DNA of 12,762 bases, from NCBI GenBank assembly GCA_038727095.1, contig JAVYWK010000042.1, positions 1 to 12,762 of the forward strand, read 5' to 3'. The DNA is from Thermofilaceae archaeon (GTDB lineage Archaea; Thermoproteota; Thermoprotei; Thermofilales; Thermofilaceae). A program made the position numbers and the translations under genes. This document shows, one piece after another, positions 1 to 7,203 of the stretch (positions within the stretch are counted from its first letter, which is position 1; every line of letters begins with the position of its first letter). Under the pieces are notes generated by a model, which searched no databases, was not told the DNA's origin, and saw nothing but the letters and a program-made list of their open reading frames with translations.

Positions 1-531
1 CTGGAAGCTGAACGCCCCCGCGTCTCCGATCGCGCCAACCTTCCTGCCCCTGTAGGCTGAGCCGTGCGCTTGAGCAGCATCCTCAACCACAGCTGCCCCG
101 TGCTCGCGTGCGATCTTCAGGATCTCGTCCATCTCGGCCGGTATACCAGCGAAGTGGACGGGGACGATCAGCCTCACGTCCTTATGCCTCTCCACAACCC
201 TCTCAAGGTCGCCAGGGTCCATGTTGAGCGTCACTGGGTCAACGTCAACGAAGACGGGGACGGCCCTCCAGATCACAGCGGCCGAAGCAGTAGCGATGAA
301 CGTGTAGGCGGGTACGGCCACCTTATCGCCGGGCCTAACTCCGACCGCCAAGTAGGCGAGCATCAGTCCAGCCGTCCCGCTCGTAACCGCCACGCCGTGC
401 TTCGCATCGTGGTAGCGCGCGAACTCCCGCTCAAACTCCTCGACTAGGGGCGACCTCGTCCCCCAGCGCCCCGACCTGTAAGCCGGGAGCAGGTACGCTT
501 CATCCAGCGGATCAGGCCTAGGCCAGGCCAT
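1..531 (-). CDS. DegT/DnrJ/EryC1/StrS-family PLP-dependent sugar/cyclitol aminotransferase (3' end runs off the window)
   Basis: Not in the ORF track. Manual translation from ATG at 531-529 gives 177 open codons: MAWPRPDPLDEAYLLPAYRSGRWG...VEEFEREFARYH...VAVTSGTAGL...GVRPGDKVAVPAYTFIATASA...PVFVDVD...IVPVHFAG...VVEDAAQAHG...GDAGAFSFQ. All are hallmark DegT-family motifs. The PLP lysine would lie just beyond base 1. Confidence 0.95.
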   Translation of the reverse strand, partial: MAWPRPDPLDEAYLLPAYRSGRWGTRSPLVEEFEREFARYHDAKHGVAVTSGTAGLMLAYLAVGVRPGDKVAVPAYTFIATASAAVIWRAVPVFVDVDPVTLNMDPGDLERVVERHKDVRLIVPVHFAGIPAEMDEILKIAREHGAAVVEDAAQAHGSAYRGRKVGAIGDAGAFSFQ

Positions 532-553
532 CGATGAATGAAAGCAGGGAGGG

Positions 554-568
554 AATTAAGGTTATCCG
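554..568 (-). promoter_or_regulatory. Putative BRE/TATA promoter of the aminotransferase (probably leaderless)
   Basis: Minus strand reads CGGATAACCTTAATT, with the AT core about 23-30 nt upstream of the ATG. There is no obvious Shine-Dalgarno sequence. Confidence 0.45.
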
Positions 569-603
569 TGCTAATACCTTAAACGATTTATGGGATCGTG
601 GTT

Positions 604-699
604 TTTAAGAAGTCTTCCATCAACGTCGTAGGCCAGAACCTACGTAAAACCTTGGCTCATCTTCTGACCGACCTACACGCCTGATGCACCTAAACGATG
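604..699 (-). pseudogene. Possible decayed fragment of an NAD-binding Rossmann motif (D-2-hydroxyacid dehydrogenase-like)
   Basis: One minus frame reads LGASGV*VGQKMSQGFT*VLAYDVDGRLLK with TAG stops at 675-673 and 642-640. This resembles the GxGxxG...GFxxxVLAYD signature. It is short, so chance is not excluded. Confidence 0.35.
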
Positions 700-717
700 G
701 GATCTGTAATGACTTGA

Positions 718-757
718 AGAAAAGAATTATAGAATTTATTATCAAGGTTAAAAATGT
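718..757 (-). terminator. T-rich archaeal terminator region after the 632-aa gene
   Basis: Minus strand after the stop reads ACATTTTTAACC...AATTCTTTTTC (two oligo-T runs). Confidence 0.5.
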
Positions 758-2656
758 TTAGAAAGGTAAGAGCCACGCGGACTTAGAAATCATCAATATA
801 ACGACCGTTAACGCTAGGGCCAAACCTACTCCGCAGAAGAGTCCGGCGATTATCGCCCCTCTAACTCTCTCCCAATACGTTTTCCCTAATTTCTTTTCGA
901 GTAGTCTCCCGACAATAGCGCCCATGAAGTAGTTGATGGCGTAGGGAGGCGTCAGAGCTGCGCCAGCGGCGAAGCCTATCGGTGAAAAGGGTAGCCCGAG
1001 GTACCGGGCGAGTAGCGAAACAATTAGCATTGCCACCGATGATGCAAGAATGAGCTCCGGCCTGAAAATCTCGATCGAACGGGAGACCCAAAGGGAGAAG
1101 TTGAGCGAAGCAATAGGCCACGAAATCACCGTCCAGGGATAAACAGCCGATGGGATGGGCGCCATTGACCAGAAGAATTGGAGGAAGACGAAGCTGAGTG
1201 CTAACACCAGTGGAAGCGTCAACGCGTAAGCTTTGAAGTAGTCCATCGGCCTTACCTCGAGAAGCGTAGCCACCTTTATCCTATGCGTTATAATGCCGGC
1301 ACCCGTCGTGATCTTAGCGGGTACAAGCCACGGTTCAACCTCCCCAGGCTTTGTGAAAGCGATTAGGAATGCTTCTCTGATATACGGGATTTGAACCCCC
1401 AAGCCTACTTCGCCGAAACTGCGGGCAAGCAGAATCCCCTGGATAAAGGGGAAAAGGGTCCATGAGAGTAGCCAGAACCACCAGAGGCTTGGGTAGAGCC
1501 AAGTTGCAACGGCTGTACCGACAAGCGCACCCGTAAAGATCATCGCTAGGATAAATCCCAGCGGTAAGTACCCTTTCCTCTTGGCAGCCTCTGTTAAGCG
1601 CAGCAAGCTGGAAAACGCTGTCTTGAAGTACTTCAGAGATACGATGAGCGAAAAGAGCCCAACCCCAACTGATAAGCCGATTAGCGGGCTAGCCCAGAGA
1701 TTGAAGACCGAGCGCTGCCATAACCAGTCGATACGCGCGACAGGGGACCAATCCGCTTTCCAGCGGAGCAGCACTGGGTTCCCTGTAATATCGGCTAGGA
1801 GGAGGCCAAGCACATTGCCCACAACGTAGAACGCTATCGAACCTATGAAGATCCAGACGATGCTCTCCCACGGTATAAGCCACCCCACAGCGAATGTGGA
1901 AATATCGGTTGCAACCCCGATGAGGGCGCCAGGTAATACGCCGGCAAAGTATTCCGTCAAGTCCACCCACGGATACGGTATTAGCTGGATGCGCGTACCG
2001 ATGAGCGCTTCCGATAACTGCGGGAAGCCGTAAATGGCGAACTCGTAAAGGAAGCCGATTACGGCAGCCGTGGCAAAGGGTATCATCCTATCAGGGGTTC
2101 TTTCAGTTAAAACTTCGATTGCTTGAGCGTCGATGGGCGCAACAGGGAAGGGTAGGTTCTCAACTTCTATGAAAAGCTGGATAAAGATGAAGGAAAGCCC
2201 GATATCTATCAGCAGGCTACCCGCTGTGCTGAGGAGCAATACGAGTATAGGGGTTAGCCACTCTCGGGCAAAGAAAGTGCGTAGTTGCACAGCCCAGCTA
2301 TCGAGTGGGGGAGCGGCCCACGTAGGTATCTTATCGGCGATCCCGAAGAGTTTTGTGTAGGGGGCGTCGCGGAAGTAGAGGTTCATCAGTAACCCAACCC
2401 AGTAGAGGGCATCGAAAGCGACGATCTGTGACATGAAGTAGATGATATAAGCCTCTTGCTTCGTCACGAACCTCCCGGTGAACCTACCGACTTCAGTAAA
2501 GAGAAGGAGTGAGATGAAAACCGGGATGAACCTGGCTGGGTCAGGTAGACCGGTGAGGAAGCTCATATAGATCATTATAGGCGTTACAACGATGGCAGCG
2601 TAAGCGATTGAGAGGAGGGAAACCGTCGTTAAGCCCGGCTTGTACCCCTCACTCAT
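758..2656 (-). CDS. OPT-superfamily-like polytopic membrane transporter (632 aa)
   Basis: Highly hydrophobic with well over a dozen apparent TM segments. It has EVENLPFPVAP, resembling the OPT/YSL LxFP motif, plus PWVDLT and an N-terminal GLT motif. The start overlaps the upstream stop by 8 nt (ATGAGTGA). Confidence 0.8.
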   Translation of the reverse strand: MSEGYKPGLTTVSLLSIAYAAIVVTPIMIYMSFLTGLPDPARFIPVFISLLLFTEVGRFTGRFVTKQEAYIIYFMSQIVAFDALYWVGLLMNLYFRDAPYTKLFGIADKIPTWAAPPLDSWAVQLRTFFAREWLTPILVLLLSTAGSLLIDIGLSFIFIQLFIEVENLPFPVAPIDAQAIEVLTERTPDRMIPFATAAVIGFLYEFAIYGFPQLSEALIGTRIQLIPYPWVDLTEYFAGVLPGALIGVATDISTFAVGWLIPWESIVWIFIGSIAFYVVGNVLGLLLADITGNPVLLRWKADWSPVARIDWLWQRSVFNLWASPLIGLSVGVGLFSLIVSLKYFKTAFSSLLRLTEAAKRKGYLPLGFILAMIFTGALVGTAVATWLYPSLWWFWLLSWTLFPFIQGILLARSFGEVGLGVQIPYIREAFLIAFTKPGEVEPWLVPAKITTGAGIITHRIKVATLLEVRPMDYFKAYALTLPLVLALSFVFLQFFWSMAPIPSAVYPWTVISWPIASLNFSLWVSRSIEIFRPELILASSVAMLIVSLLARYLGLPFSPIGFAAGAALTPPYAINYFMGAIVGRLLEKKLGKTYWERVRGAIIAGLFCGVGLALALTVVILMISKSAWLLPF

Positions 2657-5600
2657 AGATCTTCACCAACTCAACTCCTCTCTTGATGTAAGTTGCCCTT
2701 TCTTGCGGAGAAAGAAGCCTCCACGTCAGAAACTGCTCTCTCAGCTCACGCACAAACAAGTCGCATGATTTAAGCCACGTATCGTGGGGACCTGATTCGC
2801 GCTTGGCCGTTACCAGCGTCATGTACCTGGCCTCTGTTGCACTCTTTAACAGAGCCACATCAACGTCCTGGACTATGTTCTGCTCGAATGGCGCGAGCCA
2901 AACCTTGGCCCGAACGCCGACTCTCCCCGGCTCCGAGTACGGAGCGTAACTCAGCACCGCAAACGTCCCCATTCTCTCCCTCCTGTTCTCAAAATACTCA
3001 CATAGGTAAATTGTGACGCCTACCACCATCTCCCTCTCCTTGAAGGTGAAGGGTAATGGTATCTCCCATACATCGCCGCGAGGCTTTGTGGGGATTTTCC
3101 ACTTCCTTTCGAGGGACGGTGTAACGATCCTCGAAACTTTCAGGAATGGGTATAGAGAAGCTAGGAGGACCATTAGAATCGCGAGTGCTAAGCCGACGAG
3201 TACAGACGAGCTCGAGTAGTTCATTCCAATAATGCCGCCCGTGAGCGCCGCGAAATTCGTTGCTCTTGCCATCACCACTCCAGCTGCATAGCCTAGAGCA
3301 ACACCAAGTATAGCGTACGTGAGTACCTCGGCGAGAAACATTCCACCCACTTGTGCCGGCGCAAGACCGAGAGCACTGTATGTTGATGCCTCCCTTAACC
3401 TTTCGTGGATGCTCCCTAGCACAGTCGTCATGAGCACCATCCCGGAGATGAGTAAGGGCACCACCATGAAGCTGAAACCGAAGAACTCGTGGATAAACCT
3501 CCCGCTGATAATGTGAGTTCGCCCTCCATACGAGACATAGACGTCCAAGCCGCTAAATACGTTGTAAATCTCCATCGCCGTCGATACGAGCTCTTCCTCG
3601 CTCACCCTCCCTTTTGGCATGAGCAGCACAGAGTGCAGTAAGGCTCCTGGGAGGTTCTTCACTAGCTCAGCGTTAATTACGATGATATCGCTCCATGATA
3701 ATCTGTAGCTCTCATCGATCCTCTGCATTGTTGCCACCGTTACGAGGTCGTAGGGCCTACCACCGTACGGCCGCTCTCCTACTCTATCCGTTACGTCGCG
3801 GGCGAGCATCTCTGCAAGAGAATCATCGAAGACACCAGCAACTATGAGCTCCTCTCCGGCAAAACGCACTGTATCACCCACATCAACATCGAGCGCGGAG
3901 GCGAGAGTTTTCGGCAGCAAACAGCTGCTTGCAACACGGCTGAATATCGTCTGGCTCAAGCCAAGCTCCTTGAGACTCGCGTTGAGCTCAGCAGGGGCTA
4001 ATCCCATGACTGCTCTGAAGACCACCGACCTCCCTCCGCTGGACAGAGTGAAATAATCTTCAATTAGAGGCGGATAGAGCCAGTAACGCGGGGCTACAAC
4101 ATACCTTCCCTTCGCGAAGTCTTCGAGCACGTCTAACAACAAGGGATCAAGAGGTTCGTTTGAGGGAGACTTTACCACAATCCCGTCAAACGTGGCGTGC
4201 GTTTCGTAGGTCGAAGCGGTGATTCTAAGCACTGGAACAACAGAGGTGAGCGCGACTAGCGACATCACTACCAGGATTATCGTGGAAAGGGTAAGAGCTG
4301 TCCGAAGAGGCCTTCGCCTCATGTTTTCTATGCCCGTAGACATCGCTGTGACGAAGAGGTCGAAAGTTTCCCTCTCTAGCGCATGCACTCCCAACCTAAT
4401 CCTCCTTACTTGCGAAAGGGATCTATTGAAGAGTATGATTAGGAAAAAGAGTGCTGGGATGGAGAGGGCGGCCATTATCACGCTTATGCTCAACGCGTAG
4501 GTGCTGTAAACTATGGTGAAACCTGGGTGCAGAAGGGCAAAAACTGAGAACATTACAGCTCCTAACGTGACGATGTAAGCTATGCGGACAATGCCTCCTC
4601 TCCCGAAGAAGAGTTTCTCCCCAAGTACTGCGAAGGGAACAATGAGTAGCATCACGATCAGCGTCGCAGAAGCAAAATCTAGGCTCATACCGCGAGTGCG
4701 CTCGTACAAGCGCAGTGCAGCGCTCCAGGCGGCCCAAGCGAACCCGAACTCCTTTTTCGCCGTATAGTTCTCCACCATCTTCAATAGCTCAACAGTAGTT
4801 GGGTCGCTAACCCCACCCGACACAGCCTTGCTGTAGCGATCCTTAGCAATCGCTAGCAGCTCTAGAGTATATATGAACGGAGTATTTGTGATAACTTCCG
4901 TGGAACCTGCCCTCCCTAGGCGGTAACCGTTCATAATGTCTTCAGTTGTAGAGTTGAGAAGTACTATTGCTCTTCTCTGATCCCCGCCCAGGCTAACGAT
5001 AGCGCAGATCCGACTCTCTGGTGGGGCGTAGAGGATTACGAACCGATTCGAAAAGTCAATGGTGTAGTAATAGGAGTCCGGCGTCGCTAAGTTCGGGTAA
5101 AAAATGGAAACCGCCGAAGGGTAAGGTGAAGTGTAGCGCGTGAAGGGTATCGGGAATGAGGCTTTTCCATATAAGTTGAATGTAGCAAGAGGCCATGGTC
5201 TATCAGGTACTGAAACGAGTGGAGCTATGAGAGCCGCTGCTCTGAATACCACTGTTCTTAGGACGATCCCCATCGAGAGCTTTGGAGGGTAGGGAGAGAA
5301 CCTCGCTAAGCCGTTCGGCCCCATGTCGGGTACGTAAGTTAGTCGACCTCCCTCTACTTTGTAGGCGTAAATCTCTATGTTCCCAATGAATATTTCTGGA
5401 GGTGCTAATCCGACTATCGTGGCCTTTCCATTTTCATCCGCCAGCTCGATTATTTTGGCAAAGGGTGGATCGTATTGAGTAACGGCGAGAGAGCCCATGA
5501 CATTGAAGTACCAGTCTCTCTTATGCACGACAACGAGGGAGTTAGGGACGGGTCTGTACAGCGTCGCGACGGTCGGATCGTACTCCACGACCTCGACGAT

Positions 5601-7100
5601 TGCTACATGGTATCCGAAGCCACCATTTACTGGATCGACCTCTATCCTCCTGGGCTTAATAGTGTCCCATGAACCCCTTAAAACAAGGGTAACATCGTTG
5701 AGTATCTTGTCAAGTACAAATGCGGCAAAGCGAACCTGGGGTTTGATGTTCTCCCAATTGATGTGGTCGTAGGTGTCGGCAGGTGTGAAGACTCTTGGCC
5801 TCTTGTCCTGAAACGTTAGGAAAGTTACTGCGGGAACCTTAGCGAGCTGGAAGGGTTCAGCATCTAGGTAGAAGGGTTGCGAGTACGATATCGCGTAACC
5901 CGGGTTAAAGCTGCGCAAGAGAACTATCCCGGTCGTGGCGTTGTAGTGCATTGCGTCACTTGCGATAGCGCGATAATCGCTTGGGTACTTCTGGTAGAAA
6001 TCTTTGATAATCTCCGCTAAGCTTGAACGGAAGTCGGTGTATAGGTTCATAGCGCCTTGCGTTCTATGACCGTAGAAGAAACCGCCAGGGTACACTACCA
6101 GCCGACTGTCACCGGATGATATGTCAAAATTCAGAACGATATAGGGGTAAACCGAGCTTCCAATCAGTTCGCTAAACATGATTTTCTCGACAAACCACCG
6201 TGCTCCTGCAAGCCCCTGCCAGTGGCCCGACAGAAATAGTAGCCAGACCGTGTACTTAGGTCGATACTCGCTCAGCAGGCGGGCCAGGTGAAGGAGGAGA
6301 CCCACGTTCACAGCCTCCTCAGCCCCTGGTGCGAGGGCAGGTACGATCGATCCCGAGTCCACGTGAGCGGTGAGGATCACGATCTTCTCCGGCTCGCTTG
6401 AGCCAGCGATCTCAACCAAGATGTTGTAGGCTGTTACTCTCTTCCACTCGTATCGCCCTTCGATTGTCGCGTAAAGGCCCTTCCTAGAAGCCTCTCTCAA
6501 GAAGTCCGCATCGGCCCCCTCTCTCACGTAAACCCTAGGGATATCGAGAGGAGCTAGCGCTACTTTCCTCATTGCGGAGTCTCTGTCTACAGCGGGTCCC
6601 AGGAATATCAGCGCCCTAGCACCCCTAGCGATCGCAGCACCCCAATCGGCGTCGAACTCCAACACAGCAATCTTGCTCCGAAGATCTAATCCAGCCAGCT
6701 CAGGAGGAGTGCAATGACCAGCGTATACCAGCTGTCCCGACACGTTGGTCGCTGCTCCAAGTGCGACGAGGTTTGGGTACATATGGTAGGCCCTTATAAC
6801 TGAAGCCCCCACTTTAATAGTAGCCCCGTAGTCGATTGGTACAGTCGCGTTAAACGCGAGAAAACGCGGTTTTAAGCCTGACGAAACAAGTGAAGAGTTT
6901 ATGTAGGCTAAGGATGCATAATACCCAGGGTACCCCGTAAAACGGCTCCCCAGTAGAGACAAAGCTTCCACATGCTGCTTAACTTCAGTTAGATTCAGTA
7001 CACTTGTGAGAGTACCTGGCTCGGCGTAAAGAGCAGAGGCCGTTAACAGCCAAAGCAAAATCTCAGCAGCGAACGTTGCTATGAGCAGCCTTCGCATCAT
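2649..7100 (-). CDS. Large membrane-anchored fusion: signal peptide + M28-peptidase-like domain with PA insert + TM bundle + MacB/FtsX-type permease + C-terminal soluble domain (1483 aa)
   Basis: N-terminal MMRR + hydrophobic stretch + ALYA cleavage-like site. M28 scaffold motifs are SRFTGYPG, NILVEIAG, IVILTAHVDS, APGAEEA, LNFD and TPADT. PA-domain pattern is SGQLVYAG...DLRSKIAV...ARGARALIF. MacB TM1 motif is RRPLRTALTL, and the FtsX motif is ERLREASTYSALGLAPAQVGGMFLAE. Confidence 0.9.
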   Translation of the reverse strand: MMRRLLIATFAAEILLWLLTASALYAEPGTLTSVLNLTEVKQHVEALSLLGSRFTGYPGYYASLAYINSSLVSSGLKPRFLAFNATVPIDYGATIKVGASVIRAYHMYPNLVALGAATNVSGQLVYAGHCTPPELAGLDLRSKIAVLEFDADWGAAIARGARALIFLGPAVDRDSAMRKVALAPLDIPRVYVREGADADFLREASRKGLYATIEGRYEWKRVTAYNILVEIAGSSEPEKIVILTAHVDSGSIVPALAPGAEEAVNVGLLLHLARLLSEYRPKYTVWLLFLSGHWQGLAGARWFVEKIMFSELIGSSVYPYIVLNFDISSGDSRLVVYPGGFFYGHRTQGAMNLYTDFRSSLAEIIKDFYQKYPSDYRAIASDAMHYNATTGIVLLRSFNPGYAISYSQPFYLDAEPFQLAKVPAVTFLTFQDKRPRVFTPADTYDHINWENIKPQVRFAAFVLDKILNDVTLVLRGSWDTIKPRRIEVDPVNGGFGYHVAIVEVVEYDPTVATLYRPVPNSLVVVHKRDWYFNVMGSLAVTQYDPPFAKIIELADENGKATIVGLAPPEIFIGNIEIYAYKVEGGRLTYVPDMGPNGLARFSPYPPKLSMGIVLRTVVFRAAALIAPLVSVPDRPWPLATFNLYGKASFPIPFTRYTSPYPSAVSIFYPNLATPDSYYYTIDFSNRFVILYAPPESRICAIVSLGGDQRRAIVLLNSTTEDIMNGYRLGRAGSTEVITNTPFIYTLELLAIAKDRYSKAVSGGVSDPTTVELLKMVENYTAKKEFGFAWAAWSAALRLYERTRGMSLDFASATLIVMLLIVPFAVLGEKLFFGRGGIVRIAYIVTLGAVMFSVFALLHPGFTIVYSTYALSISVIMAALSIPALFFLIILFNRSLSQVRRIRLGVHALERETFDLFVTAMSTGIENMRRRPLRTALTLSTIILVVMSLVALTSVVPVLRITASTYETHATFDGIVVKSPSNEPLDPLLLDVLEDFAKGRYVVAPRYWLYPPLIEDYFTLSSGGRSVVFRAVMGLAPAELNASLKELGLSQTIFSRVASSCLLPKTLASALDVDVGDTVRFAGEELIVAGVFDDSLAEMLARDVTDRVGERPYGGRPYDLVTVATMQRIDESYRLSWSDIIVINAELVKNLPGALLHSVLLMPKGRVSEEELVSTAMEIYNVFSGLDVYVSYGGRTHIISGRFIHEFFGFSFMVVPLLISGMVLMTTVLGSIHERLREASTYSALGLAPAQVGGMFLAEVLTYAILGVALGYAAGVVMARATNFAALTGGIIGMNYSSSSVLVGLALAILMVLLASLYPFLKVSRIVTPSLERKWKIPTKPRGDVWEIPLPFTFKEREMVVGVTIYLCEYFENRRERMGTFAVLSYAPYSEPGRVGVRAKVWLAPFEQNIVQDVDVALLKSATEARYMTLVTAKRESGPHDTWLKSCDLFVRELREQFLTWRLLSPQERATYIKRGVELVKIYE

Positions 7101-7110
7101 ATTTGGGCAT

Positions 7111-7140
7111 CTAAATCACAAATATAAACTTATTTTTCTT
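7111..7140 (-). promoter_or_regulatory. BRE/TATA promoter for the 1483-aa + 632-aa operon
   Basis: Minus strand reads AAGAAAAATAAG-TTTATATT (TATA at 7128-7121), 21-28 nt upstream of ATG 7100. Confidence 0.7.
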
Positions 7141-7164
7141 TCGAATCTTCATAAAAAGGTATTT

Positions 7165-7184
7165 AGAGAAAAATTTTTATATAA
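7165..7184 (+). promoter_or_regulatory. BRE/TATA promoter for the second OPT-like gene
   Basis: AGAGAAAAATTTTTATATAA with TTTATATA at 7176-7183, ending 20 nt before the in-frame GTG at 7204. Confidence 0.7.
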
Positions 7185-7203
7185 CCCCGATACAATTACT
7201 GAT

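Noticed and set aside
64-447. 127-aa + strand ORF in the track
   Set aside because: Antisense shadow of the clearly recognisable minus-strand aminotransferase.
861-5772. Numerous 60-105-aa ORFs inside the 632-aa and 1483-aa genes
   Set aside because: Antisense or alternate-frame ORFs with no recognisable motifs, as expected opposite hydrophobic coding sequence.
7081-7203. N-terminal 41 codons of the 688-aa ORF
   Set aside because: They overlap the opposite gene's start and run through both TATA boxes. GTG 7204 fits the promoter spacing.
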